Source: Oopsacas minuta
Taxonomy: Eukaryota > Animalia > Porifera
Direction of reading: 5' to 3'
NCBI GenBank assembly: GCA_024704765.1
Contig: JAKMXF010000110.1
Span: 777,186 to 841,185, forward strand
DNA: 64,000 nucleotides
Positions 34,314-47,406 of the stretch are shown one piece after another. The position numbers and the translations under genes are program-made. Every line of letters begins with the position of its first letter. Positions within the stretch are counted from its first letter, which is position 1. Under the pieces are notes generated by a model. It made no database searches. It was not told where the DNA came from and saw nothing but the letters and a program-made list of their open reading frames with translations.

Positions 34314-34433
34314 TTGCCACGCAGTCGATTGGAATGTATCCTGAAAATAGAGCTAGTTCTATTGCTTACCTTATTCACGATGTTTACTGACTTTAGTATA
34401 AATAGCGATATTTGTTTACTTTATTAATATAAA

Positions 34434-37400
34434 ATGATTTTTCACTTTTATGTATTTGTTTATATATTAGCCTGGTTACCATGCTACAGATTGGAATGTG
34501 TATATACACATTGGACTTCTTGGAATTCTTGTCACACTCCTTCGAATATAATTCAGGTTTCAGAGTCTTTGCAAATTCCACAAAATTGTGTGACACAAAT
34601 TCAGCAAAGAGTTCGGACAAGAGATCTGATATTCTTTGAAGAATCTGACGTTCCCTGTCCGCACCTATCTGAGACTGAATTGTGCCGTTCTGAGGTGGCA
34701 GAGAGGTGTCTGAGGGACAGTTTGAGTCACTATGCCACTTCTATAGATCTATTTCATTGGAGAGTTGGTACATGGGGAGAATGCCATCAGCTGATTGGAC
34801 AGGAATGTGGTGTAGGGTTACAGACAAGGAATGTCAGCTGTTTTGATAGGAGTTTTAACCAATTAAATCACTCACTTTGTAACAAATCGGAACCAATTAG
34901 CTCCAGAATTTGTCACTTCTCTTGTAAGTGTCAGATGTTCCCCTGGTCCCATTGGTCCACTTGCCTCTCTTCCTCTTGTGACAAACCATCTGGTGAAAGG
35001 AGTAGATTCCGATCTGTTGCTAGGCAACCTACTTATGGGTCTTGTCCGTCACTATGGCAACGCGGGGAATGCAGTAAGAATGTTACTTGTCAGTCAGCTG
35101 TCTATAAGTGGAGCATAGCATCTGATTGGTCAGAATGTTATGAGGGATTATCTAGCCGGTTAGTCCTCTGTTTATTGCAAAATAGAACTGAAACTTATTT
35201 ATCAGATAATTCTAAATGTGATAACATCTCAAGACCACTTTCACACCTTTTCTGTACCTCAGAGGGTGTGTTAGGTGACTGGGTACAGTGGAGTAGATGT
35301 GAGGATAATTGTCCATCTCTCAGGAAGAGGATTAGACAGCTCTTCTCTGGGAGTACTAGCTCAGATCTTATACAATACTCTGTGTGTAATACATGTCAGT
35401 ATAACACATTCCTGTGTTACTACTACAATACTACAGCTGGTTAGTTAGTTATATAGTAATTACATTAAGAGGTACCTTGCGATATGTAACTTTAACGGTT
35501 TGGGGCAATATTTGTACATTTTCAGACTTCTATTTAATCAGGAGTCAGCTGTGTGTATATTTACATGTAATTTCAATGTAGGTAATTTCTATTCAAAGAT
35601 TTGTAACTACACAGAGTCTAGTGACGTCATATTATCCCCGTGGTCTGATTGGTCAGTCTGTAGAGACAACTCCACCAGTAGAACTCGTGATTTGATTGGT
35701 TATTATAATTCTGTAATTCCTGACAACATTCCATTGAGATTTTCCCAGCAACAGTCCTGCCATGAGATTACTCACAGCTGGAGAGTTTCTGATTGGTCAG
35801 ATTGTTATCTTAGTTCAAACGCCTTATGTTTCTATGGTTACCAGAATAGAAGTGTGGAATGTTTAGATTCTAATAGATTTCCTTCTCAATTTTGTGACAT
35901 TTTGGATAAACCCCCTAACAACCGAACTTGTCGATCGGAATGTTGTAGATATTCTGATTGGTCGGTTTATTCCCAATGCTCAGCTGTTTGTGGTATTGGG
36001 ACTAAGATTAGGAAAAGAATGGTTTTGAGTTCCAATTGTGACCAATCAATTGGCTCTATTCAGACCTCAGAGGGACAATGTAACACCATACCATGTCTCC
36101 CTAGTTACCATTGGCATGTTAAAGAATTCGGAGATTGCATTCCTTTAACACAACACAGTAGTTGTGGAGAGGGTTATAGAACAGCTGGTATTGAGTGTGT
36201 GTCTGAATCAGGACTAGTTGTACCGGATAGGAACTGTGGCAGCTCCCGATTGCCCCCCTCAGAAGATCTGGTATCAACTTGTACCCTCCCCTGTCCTCAT
36301 TGCTACCTTACCCAATGGACCCCTTACTCTCCCTGTCTCCTTTCATGTACTCCCTCTATCAGACAGAGATACAGACAATTGATAGGATCTGATTGTTCCT
36401 CTGTTAATGTAAACCTTGCAGAATCTGCTCCATGTCCTCTTACCTCCTGTCCCTCTTACAGATGGGGTGTTGTTTCCAGATGGTCTTCTTGTCTCCCATT
36501 GAATGGGTCTTGCGGGCGTGGAATGAATCACAGAGCTATATCTTGTCTCAGATCTGACGGCACCCCCTTTTCAGATAGTTATTGTACCGACACACCTCCC
36601 CCGATCCAGAAGGAATGTGCTGTATTGTGTCCCACAGATTGTGTCACGGGCATCTGGACACAATGGACCCACTGCTCTGTTACTTGTAACGGAGGTGTTA
36701 GGTTCAGAAGTAGACCTGTTGTATCCCATCCTCAGCTGGGAGGACAAGAATGCTCCCCTCTACTAGAACGATCCCCTTGCTCCCCTAAGGCCTGCCCCTT
36801 CCCCCAATGGGTATCTACCCCTTGGACGCCCTGTGTGTATCAGAGTAACATCGCTACCGTTTGTGGATTTGGCATTCAACATAGAACAGTAGATTGTTTG
36901 GTTGGAGTGAATATCAGCAATTCCTGTTCTCTGATTAGTAAACCTCCTCTTGATAAAAGGTGCTACATTCCTTGTCCCTCAGACTGTATCCACACAGATT
37001 GGGGGCAGTGGGCGTCATGTACCTCAGGGTACCGTCAGAGGACCCGTAGTATCCTTAGAGGGCGAAATGGCACCGGTTTGTCCTGTGGAGCTACTATTGA
37101 ATCAGAATCTTGTCTTCCACCAGGTGTTAAGTGGATCTACTCTGACTACTCTTCCTGTTCACACTCCCAGAGTCTATGCGGTACAGGAACACAGTATAGG
37201 AACTATACCTGTGCTACTAATGAGGGTATATTAACATTTTCACACCTCTGTATGAATCAATTAGGTCCACCCTCTGATGTAACCAGATTCTGTAATCTGT
37301 CCTGTCCAATCAAATGCTCTGTCTCTGAGTTCTCCAGTTGGTCTATTTGCTCTGGTAGTTGTGCCAATCCTTCTGGGGTACAAACCAGGGTTAGATTTGT

Positions 37401-39734
37401 CACCTCTCCTCCTCAGAATGGAGGTACTATCTGTCCACCTCAGGAAGAGACCCGTCCCTGCTATCTGTCTCATTGTCCTCACCCAATTATCTACAGAGGG
37501 CCCTGGTCATCCTGTCAGACCTCCAGCAGAACCTGTGGTACCGGACAAATGGTACGGTCTGTTCTCTGTTTAAATAAGTTTGGTTCCTCTCTCCCCCTCT
37601 CCTCCTGTCTCCCTGATAGAGATCTCTACTCCCCTCTGATACGATTAGACACTGATACAAGGACTTATTCCGCTTGTGCTATTTCATGTCCTGACATTAT
37701 CCTTCCTAACCCCTTACAGATTAACCAATCAAATTGTACCTCTCTGTGTTCCAACACCTCCAGGAGTCTAAGTATCCGTCCCTATCCTCTCTCCTACTTT
37801 CTTCCCGGAGGAGACACCCATCCAGGGGACAGTACCCCTGAGTACAGGACCCATAAATGTGCACCCTCACCTGACACCTGTCTGAAACTCGAATGGCAGA
37901 CATCTGATTGGTTAGGGGGACAGAGAGACGTATCATGTATAGCTAGAGGATCAGGAGGTGTTATACAGCTTAGTTCCGGTTGTGATTATGAAACTAAACC
38001 ATCTAATAGTTCCATATCATGTCTTAACTGCTCTGAGAATTCTCATTGCTCCGATTTAACAGGAGAATGTGTCTGTAATAGAGACCACATATTTATTGCT
38101 AATAAATGTGTTAAGAGTTGTGTCAGGAAATGTCTAGCTAATCAGCTGTGTGATATATCCACTCAGGAATGTGTGTACATACCCCAAACTCCTAACACAA
38201 CAATAACAACAAACATAACAACAGAACATGCAATAGGTATATTGTCCAGTCTCAATCGTATTTGTTTACAAATAATTTTCCAAATTATCTAGCACATACC
38301 CGCTAATTTATTTTTCAGACCATCATCTGCATTACAATCCTCCTCATGCGTTGCTATGATATAATATTAATTACATTCTGTTTGTCTAATAACGAATCAC
38401 TCAGTCTAATTTAATTGATATTTCATTGTTCTTGATTCCAATCCTCCTATCCTGTTGCTAAGGTCAAATTGCTTAATAATCAATTTTCTTTTCACACCTT
38501 TTCACTGTCTATATTTACGTATTTGTATTTATCTTTTAGCTTACAGCAACTACTTATTGTTAGGATTGATTGTTGCCTTGTTTATGATGTGTTTAATCTT
38601 CACACTTCTGATTATAATCATTAGTCTGATATCTCTAATCATATTCTGCTATGTAGCAGTTAGATCCTCTGGCAGAATATTGTTAAGGAAGTGAGTTTAC
38701 TTAATACACGTCAAACCTGCTTAATAGGCTCCATAGCTATCACCTCCATACTGCCCCCTTAACAAATCCCTTCTGTATCCATTATATGCAAGTTAGACTG
38801 TATTCAGAAATGCTTTTTGCTATAGAATTATTCCTTCGATTATATTATAATATTAACGACGGACACCTGGTTAATTCAACAGCGAAGTAGCGCTAATTGT
38901 TTTATATCTGCACTCAATGATTAAAGGATTGAACTCTTATTTCACATTCCATTAGCACGAACTTGTAATTAGGACGAATACTTACACTGCATAGCAATCT
39001 CCCATACGAATATCTAAGTTAATTGTCTATAAAGCATACGTACAGATTGTCCTATTAGAATCTAAAAGTGGAAATTTTCAAAACTTAATTACGGTTAGAT
39101 TTGCTTTCCTGTTTATTTGTTTCTTATTAAACTTCTGTAATATAATGATGGAAGATCTAAACAGCTATACAGGTTGTAGTACATGCAGAGATATATTCGT
39201 GTCAAAATATTAATATAACCAATTCATCAATGAAATACCAACTCAGGCATTTTTGTATCCAAATATTCGCAACGATATAAACCGGAGTGCAAACCTTCAA
39301 CCCTTTGCTATTTGCTTCGGTAATTATTCACTGATTTCTGCCGTAATTACTATGCAAATTATTAATTATTAAATACAAATTTTATAAGATTTGAAATATT
39401 TTGAGAATTGTTTAATGCATGTGGTTAATTAATAAATTGAAGTTCCGGTCCGAACCATGGATAATATTGTGTAGTTCGATTCTAGTTGAATAATCAGATT
39501 TCTATAAACTTCGCTAATATTTGTTGATGAATTGGAAGGGTTATTATATTCTAATCTAGATCACAAATCTCCTCATGCACTCCCTCCCACTCTAGTAGAT
39601 GCGTTTCCTGCTCCTCTCAACCTCCTGCTTACTCATCACAGGAGGTACTGTCTCCTAGAGGACAGCTGAGTATATCTCCCGTATGTCACTACTACTCAGC
39701 ACCTAATCTATCCTCATCAGCTGATATGTGTTAA
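34434..39734 (+). CDS. Thrombospondin type-1 repeat membrane protein, THSD7A/B-like, 4 exons
   Basis: Exons 34434-35439, 35582-38236, 38540-38690 and 39560-39734 join in frame. Signal peptide, many WSxWSxCS TSP1 repeats, EGF-like units, TM helix and cytoplasmic tail ending SADMC*. Confidence 0.88.
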
Positions 39735-39879
39735 TATTTATTTATATTATTTGGTGTTTTATTTTCTATTAAATGATTTACTCACATTCCTACATTTGTC
39801 CTTCGTTGCTAGGGAATATTGTTCTGCTTTTCAGGGTGCTAATTTATCTTATTTAATTATCCACTAATCAGCTGATTAG

Positions 39880-41001
39880 ATGTCTAGCACAGAGAATATT
39901 ATGGGTCAATCTGGTCCCTATGACAACAAGGGTATATCTCCCCCTGATGAGAACACAGCCTCAGTCTCTGTAGAGGTGACAAAAGCTGAGTTGTTGGAGA
40001 TAGAAGAACCAGGAACAGAGGACAGATCGGACCAAGAGAGGCTCAATAACCTGAGAGCTATCAGCTGTTTAAGAGTATCAATTATTATTTATAATTTACT
40101 ATTCTTACTGATGAGTCTTATAATCATTTCTGTCGGTATATACATGTATGTATCAGGTGATGATGTATCATTCTCTGTCAGTACATTCGTATCCGGCAGT
40201 ATTGTTGTCGTAATAATAGGCATAACAATCCTTGCTTTAAGTATCATGGGTCTGGTAGTAGCTCTACTACCTCTGTATATTCTCCTCTTCATTTACTGTG
40301 TCCTCATGTTCCTTGTGTTTGCTGTAGAGGTGTCTATCGGTGTCTGGGGATTTGTTAACTATGATGACATCACTATTAGTAAGTACAATATTATAATATC
40401 AGCTGTTTATATACGTCAGCAGTTCCCAACCTGGTGTGTACAGAATGTGTAAAGAGGTTGAGAACAGCTGAGCTAAACCAGTAAATTTCCATCTCAGATA
40501 GGTGTTATGAATAGATATTAGTATTTTAACACCTCTCTTTCTCTTCCTGTAGGTATTCGTCAGGAATTCTTATTCGGTATTACTGTTGAGTATGGTAATG
40601 ATAATGTATTGTATGTGAGCACTATTGACAGTATTCAGGATGTATTTGATTGCTGTGGTTACTATGGTTACCTAGACTGGGATACTTCTACATACCAAAA
40701 TAATACATTCTTTGATGAGAGCTTTGTTTACTACCCTATGACTTGTTGTGACAATAATTTCATCATTTTTAACGGAGTACAGTATTGCAACAGCAGTCAG
40801 CTGATGGCACTCAGTGTCCCTGGTTGTATTAATAAAGTTAACACCTTTGCTAAAGGTTTAGTTATAGGTATAGGTGTTATAGGAGTAATTCTAGCTCTTC
40901 TTCAGATGTTAGGGATTCTAATGACGCTATTTCTCTGTTGTTATAAGAGTAAGTTTAGAGATATGAAACTAACAGTTATGCCAAGTTTCAAAGATCAATA
41001 A
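39880..41001 (+). CDS. Tetraspanin with extended N-terminus, 2 exons
   Basis: Four TM helices; large extracellular loop with IQDVFDCCG (CCG motif), PMTCC and GCI; phase-1 intron ~40380-40552. Confidence 0.92.
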
Positions 41002-41402
41002 TGTATTCTTGCTGGATTATCTGTTTACATATTTGTTTATTTTATGCATATATATAGAACTAAGCTATACTTTTTCATTTATCAGCTGATTAACTTATAT
41101 TATATTTTCATTTATCCACCCTTTCAGTATACACCTTAGATATTTCATATTCTACACACATCTCTGATATTATATAGTTCCATATTATAACGCATGTAAC
41201 AGATAATTAGTAAGGCTTTCTATTGGTCAGAACATGTCCTTTGTATTGCTTGTATTGTTTATTTGTGTTGACATATATTAGGTGTTACTTCCAGCTGTTC
41301 TGTATTTGTACACAATAATGTATTTATACCCTGCAATCAGCTGACTGATAAATGTGTTGCTTAATAATATCTGCATATTTTGATACTATAATTAGAACAA
41401 CC

Positions 41403-42875
41403 ATGATCACTATACATTCACTACAGAGGAGGATTAGACCTAACATCCTCCTGACCCTTGTCCTGTGTCTAGGCTTATACATATTATATACTGGGGATTT
41501 ACTTAGAGGCTACGAGTCCCCTGTACTCTTAGTACCCATTGATACTGAATCTGATTACCTGTATGAGATTGATGAAGGGTTAGAATCACTAGAGGGAGGT
41601 CCGGGGGATGACCAGTTGGTGTCTGATAGTGTGACGGGTATAAAGCTTCCTCCTGTCCCCCGTGAGGTACATAAGGGTAACACCCAGGGTATATTCATAG
41701 GTCTCAAGACAGAGGGGAGTATAGTAGAGGGAATACAGAACTTCATAGAGTTAGAATGTATAGCAGATTTGTTAGATTATAGAGTTATACTACCTGAGGT
41801 GTCAAATGGCAAGTACTCTACATTACACTGTATTGGATCTCACACGCATTCACTGTCTATTAGTCATTACTTCGATATTACCAAGACTAATGTATATCTT
41901 GATTCTTACTCTCTCCCTCCCTTCTCTAATCTGTCCACTGGACTAATAAAGGCACCGCCCTCTGTCCTGCTGGTGTTCTTTGTGTACTCAGATGACGTCA
42001 TAGTGTTCCCACATTCCACAGCTGGGAGCTTCGCTAGGGACAGTTTGTTCCCCTCCGAGGGTCCCAGGAATTACGTCAGAGACTGTACCCGTTATCTGGG
42101 GCCTCTCAATACCTGTGTTACAAGAGAGCTGTCTCAGCTCTCCGGGCGGCAATTCCAGTCGGAGAGGTCTATCTGTGTGGACGCTAATCTCCCTCTAACT
42201 CGTAAACAATTCGTGAGCTATCTGGGACTACAGGGGGAACAGAAGACGGTAGTATTAGTCAATTGGAACGGTATGAAGCCTCCGAATGCCCCCGGGGCTA
42301 AGGCCACATTCCTTGATGTTAAGAACAGATTCACCTCTAGATGCAGACCTCCTGTAACCGTTCCCTTCTCTAAGGAGATAGTGTATCACTCTTCTCAGTA
42401 TCTGGAGTCTTGGGGTCTTTATCCTAAGGATTATGTCAGTGTGTATATAGACTTACAAATAATTATGAATGAGCTGTCTAACACTACCAGCTGTCTGGAG
42501 GGAATATCAATCCTAAGCAGTTGGTGGTATGTAGCTGAGTACCCAAATAGATTAGGATTTATAACTTCACCGGACTACGTGGATTATCCGGACAGACAGG
42601 CTGTTATGGACAAATATTCAGAGATAGAAAACCTCCTAAAGGAAAGATTATTCCTGGGGAGATTTGATCCCCCGGAAATAAGGAGTAACGAGGGTAATCT
42701 CGTTATTGACCATGGATTCTCTTTCCTCGTGGAAACTAACATCCTTGCTATGTCTACCGGATTAATTATTGCGGGACCGGCTATTCTAGGGGCCAATTAT
42801 CCGGTCAGACCGTATTTCTATAATCATCATGTTCACGATTTTGATTTTGTTCTACACATATTCGAATGCATATAA
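41403..42875 (+). CDS. Type II membrane glycosyltransferase, O-fucosyltransferase-like (GT-B), intronless
   Basis: N-terminal signal anchor, stem, then QNFIELECIADLLDYRVILP, YVSVY and LVETNILAMSTGLIIAG segments resembling the three conserved blocks of the O-FucT fold. ATG at 41403. Confidence 0.5.
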   Translation: MITIHSLQRRIRPNILLTLVLCLGLYILYTGDLLRGYESPVLLVPIDTESDYLYEIDEGLESLEGGPGDDQLVSDSVTGIKLPPVPREVHKGNTQGIFIGLKTEGSIVEGIQNFIELECIADLLDYRVILPEVSNGKYSTLHCIGSHTHSLSISHYFDITKTNVYLDSYSLPPFSNLSTGLIKAPPSVLLVFFVYSDDVIVFPHSTAGSFARDSLFPSEGPRNYVRDCTRYLGPLNTCVTRELSQLSGRQFQSERSICVDANLPLTRKQFVSYLGLQGEQKTVVLVNWNGMKPPNAPGAKATFLDVKNRFTSRCRPPVTVPFSKEIVYHSSQYLESWGLYPKDYVSVYIDLQIIMNELSNTTSCLEGISILSSWWYVAEYPNRLGFITSPDYVDYPDRQAVMDKYSEIENLLKERLFLGRFDPPEIRSNEGNLVIDHGFSFLVETNILAMSTGLIIAGPAILGANYPVRPYFYNHHVHDFDFVLHIFECI

Positions 42876-43037
42876 TCACTTGCTAGTTGATTTTATTCTT
42901 TTCTGATATCAATTTGTATTGTATTGTTTAACTTAGTTACGGGGGTGATCAACTGGAATGTGACCTATATTCGTCCAACTCTGGGGCAGTTCAATGTATC
43001 AATTTTCATAACTCTATACTTATAATTAGATTAATAT

Positions 43038-44999
43038 ATGGCAGCTGGTAACTCAGATAAGATACGTAGGATTAATGAAATCTTGAAGGAACATGTAAGT
43101 ATTGATTATATTAGATGGACCATGGATTATTTATTTGTATTTAGACCAAAGATTACTTATTCCCAGCAGATGTTAAGGTTCTATCTACTCGTTTATTTAC
43201 TGTCTACGGTGATATTAAACCTAACATCAAACAGTTTGGTATGTTATCTTAATTATTATATTCCTAGATAAGTTTTATTTGTTATATTTACAGCTCATGC
43301 AGGGACTCATATGACAGAGAGGATGGTCTGTTTGGAAGGGACTATTCCTGTTAACTACAAAGGTAAATAAGATATAGCATAGTAAGCATAACACAGATAT
43401 ATTGCTTTTGTATTTAGAACCGGCCATAACTTGGATATATCTAGCTGGTTCAGATTCTTTAATGAATTCTATATCTCTTTCCCATCTAATCTAAATATTA
43501 TTATTATTATTATTATGTAAATTAGGCGCCAGATACAACATTCCAATAACAATTTGGTTACCAAAACAGTTCCCTAAAGTCCCTCCTATTCCTCGTGTTA
43601 CTCCTACAGCTGCTATGAGTATTAAACCGTCTAAATATGTGGATAACGGGGGCACCGTGTTCCTTCCTTATCTACACGAATGGAGTAGAGTTAGTTACAT
43701 ATGATTAGTCTTATGACACCTCTTAACACCTGTTTGTTGTTGTTTAGGGATCTAGTGATCTCTGTGACCTTGTACAGACTATGTCAGTTGTATTCTCAGA
43801 GGAACCTCCTGTATTCTCTAAACCTGCACAGACCCAGCCTCACATGGTGTAAGTTAATTCAACCAATCAAATATTGAGTTATTTATAACTTATCTGTTAC
43901 AGAATGCCAGCTACTCAGCCTGGATACTTTCAGCCTCAACAGTACCAATCAGGTCCCCCTGGGTCCTATCCCTACCCTCCAGCCCCCGGTCCTGCCAGCA
44001 GACCCCCTCACTACCCTCCTAATCAAGGAATGCCGGTACCATATGGAGCTATGCCTCAGCCTGGATACCCTCCAGCTCCTGGTAAGTTAATAAGCTGATA
44101 TACACTATATTCTAATTATAGAGTTAGTGTAACCTCCTCTTAATTATTATAGCTACACATCCTCCATATCCCTCCTCAGCTGTTGTCGGGCCCCCTACCT
44201 ACCCGCCTGCCCCTGCTCCTGCACCTACCCCAGCCTCTGGGGGATACCCTCCGTATGGAGGCAGAGACGATGAGAGGGTGAGAAGAGATTCTTTGATATC
44301 AGCTGTCCACCAGAAGGTCAGACAACAGATGGAAATGTTAAAACAGTCTAGTGAGACAGAGCTGAATGAGCTGAGAGCAACCCATCAGAAGCTACGCTCT
44401 GGTAACGAAGAGCTTAAGGCTGTTATGGGTAGAATACAGCAGCAACAGACTGAGATGGATTCTAACATAAGTCTGTTACAGAAGAAGAATGGAGAGATAG
44501 AACAGGCTGTTGTGTCTCTAAAGGCACAGAGGGAGTGCTTCTCTGTGGATCAGGCTATTGTAACTACAGCACCGCTATACGAACAGTTAGTTATACGTAT
44601 ATACAGAGTATGTTGGTTATAAGAACATCCTTACGAGTAGTAATGCATGTTCTTATAACCGGTATAAATATCCAAGAACATATGAGAACAGTATTCCAGA
44701 GGCTGGTCCTTATATCCTGCATGTACTATATTTTCTATATTAATTTTCAACACCTTTAGGATCCTATCTCTGTACTCCAGACAATGTGCTATTGAAGATT
44801 CTCTGTACTATCTGGGGGAAGGACTCAGGAAGAAGGTTGTTACTCTAGAAGAGTTCTTACTGGTAAGTTATTAGTTTTAATATATTTATACAAATAATAT
44901 ATACAATATTTCTTATAGAATGTGAGAGAGCTGTCTACTGAGCAATACAGAGTTAGAGCTCTACTCCAGAAGGCTTGTCGTAAAGCTGGATTATTCTAA
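43038..44999 (+). CDS. TSG101: Tumor susceptibility gene 101 (ESCRT-I), multi-exon
   Basis: UEV domain (LEGTIPVNYK|GARYNIPITIWL, VFLPYLHEW, FSEEPPVFS), Pro/Tyr-rich region, coiled coil and steadiness box (VTTAPLYEQ..AIEDSLYYLGEGLRKKV..RALLQKAC..AGLF*). Confidence 0.96.
44600..44722 (-). repeat. Dispersed ~120-bp hairpin repeat, copy 3 (in a TSG101 intron)
   Basis: Reverse complement aligns with copies 1 and 2 (GGATATAAG.ACCAG..TCTGGAATAC...TATACCGGTTATAAGAACATG...TGTTCTTATAACC). Confidence 0.85.
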
Positions 45000-45034
45000 C
45001 TATTAGTATTTTATTGAATTCAGTTTGTTGTAAT

Positions 45035-47406
45035 CTATGATTCTATTCCTGACCATAGTCCATACTTCTTGCCAGGAGTATTAGGCCACAGATAAACCTC
45101 ATTTCCTGTACCCACTGCTATCACCTCTCCGTCAGGGGAGTACTCGATCTGACAGGATGCTTCCAGCCCTGCGTAAGTTCCTATTGGGTACATGGAGGGG
45201 GTGATATTGGTACCAATAACATACTATATATTAATATATAATTTTGCTTACTTATAAGAGTGTTAGTATCAAACTCTGTTAAACAGATAGAGTTATCATT
45301 GTGTGACGTCGCTATTATTTCTTTACTGGGGTGTATAGCTGAATAGCTGATTCCTGATATCTTAAATTCCTTTAGCACATCTAGACTGTTGTTAGTATTA
45401 TTTATATGTTTTTAAATTAATTAGTAAATACATGTTTACCTGTATTCACATAGTACTGTAATCCCTGTATTGTGATTGGCTAACAGTAACATTCCATCAT
45501 GACTAATAGACAGCTGATTAAGTTGTGACGTAAGAACTCTGGAATGTAGTATTTTCCCTGTTGACACCTCCATCAAGCTGTATATTCATTTGTCAATTTC
45601 TGTTATAAATTATTGTATTATCATACCTTATACAACTGGTATCATCTCTGGTATAAACCAGCTGTGCATCTTCCTGACACATAACCAGCTGTTTATAATC
45701 TCTATCTGTATTGACAGCTGATACGCAATCTATATGTACACATTATAACACCTGTTATACTGTAATATGATTGGTTACCTTTATCTCTCATATCCCATAA
45801 TCTAATTGTCTTATAAGCTAGTGTTACTAACTGTGTAGATTCCTAGAATACATTCCATAACTTAATATCCATCACTAGGTTATAATTAACTCACAGGTAC
45901 AAGTAGGGAACATCTCACGACCTGTCCATGGTCCAATTTCCTTACTTCTTGTCCGTTAACACAATCCCACACCCTACTACATAACTATGTCATTAACTCA
46001 TTGTTATGGTATGCATGGCGTCACTATTCTAACTTACGCTGTGTAATCAGCTGATGATGTTATTAGCCTGGTAGCAGTAGGGTCTATATCACACCTCCAA
46101 ATAGCTCCTTTATGTCCTGAGAATCTCCCTACCCAATCTCCTGTCTCTCCCCTTCTTAACATAGCATTACAATCTATAAATATTAAGCAAATATTTATTA
46201 ATAGCTCATAGCATAAGCAGCACAGCTGATCAGTAGCAAATATTAATTATACATAGAGTACTTTTGTATCTCTATAAGGAGAGCTGTTTTCTCCGCGATC
46301 AGCTGTTTTCTAACTCGTATCATCTCCTCTATCTCATCAGCCATCTCCCTCATATCATCCTTCCCCTTGTAATAGCTCCTCTTATTATTCTTAGCGTGTA
46401 CAGCTAATCTCCTCTTATTCTCTAGGTCTGCTACTTTATTTTTATTTATAACACTTGTGTTATATAGCTCTGCCACCTCTGTATTGAAATTAGTTAGCGT
46501 CAGGCTGAGGGGGAAATCCTCCAGGACAGAGAGTTTCTGCTGCTGAGCAGGAGTTGCTTGCATGTTAGATTTTGTTTCGAATTTGTTTCATTTATTCTTT
46601 TTTCGGAACTATAAATAGCCGCAAAATAGCAAATTTTTCTTCTTTAACCCAGATTTAAATATCTTTTTTTAAGTTTAATGCTTAATTTCTTGTTTGTATT
46701 TCCCTGTTAACAAACATAGAAATATACGAATATATTAAATCTTTGATTTGTTTTATCAACTCCTTTCTCCCTTGCTCAACATTTCTAAGTTCTTATCAGA
46801 ATTATTAATCTAATCAGTCTCTAATATGAATTATTGAGCAATAATTAATTGCAACAAACACTTTATAGTTCCATGAACAACCGACACAATTAGAATTATG
46901 TTTAAGAGTATTTCGTAAGATCTGAATTGATTTATTAGAATATAGAATTTCCCACAATAATCTCTGGCTGGCAGAATCAAGAACAGTGGATTAGCTTAAT
47001 CAATTGTAGCATTCTGGAGCCGAACAAGTGCTTAAAATATGGAAATACAAATAATATTGTATTTGTTATATTTTAATTGCAAATCCATTATTCACACCTT
47101 ATTTGACTCTAATTTTTTGGCTGTGACATATATGATAAAATCCGCTTGATTCTGTTATCTTTTGCGTTTAAGATAAATCATTATGTTCTCCAAAAGTTAC
47201 AGAAATATTTACAACACCTGTGTTTATAGAATATTTGTGTAGGATACTGTCTCATTCATAGAATGCAACATGAGTTAATTAGATTAATGCAACTAACCTC
47301 TACTAGTGGTGGCAAAGAAGGATCCATCTGCCGTTACGTTAGAGTAGGAGATGTCTGTAACTGTAGATTCATGACCTCGACATATTAATGGTATTGCTCT
47401 ATGCAT
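45035..47406 (-). CDS. STRAP: Serine-threonine kinase receptor-associated protein (unrip), WD40, 8 exons
   Basis: Exon 1 (47406-47298, MHRAIPLICRGHESTVTDISYS) joins exon 2 from 46173 (DCNAMLRRGETGDWVGRFSGHKGAIW..SADYTA|RVWD). Later exons give HPSKE, YSPDGE and GKKYGLW; all junctions are GT-AG in phase; stop at 45035-45037. Confidence 0.9.
46243..46563 (-). CDS. Nested intronless 106-aa ORF in STRAP intron 1; degenerate Maf/CNC-type bZIP-like
   Basis: ATG ORF with LSLTLTNFN (like the Maf/CNC extended homology region), basic segment NKRRLAVHAKNNKRS and a heptad zipper. TATA-like element at 46610-46617 and AATAAA at 46194-46199 (minus strand). Confidence 0.55.
   Translation of the reverse strand: MQATPAQQQKLSVLEDFPLSLTLTNFNTEVAELYNTSVINKNKVADLENKRRLAVHAKNNKRSYYKGKDDMREMADEIEEMIRVRKQLIAEKTALLIEIQKYSMYN

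Noticed and set aside
46198-46242. YLLLISCAAYAM after the nested ORF stop, resembling the end of STRAP exon 1
   Set aside because: The true exon 1 was found at 47406-47298 with the correct phase; this segment has no GT donor and is flanked by stops.
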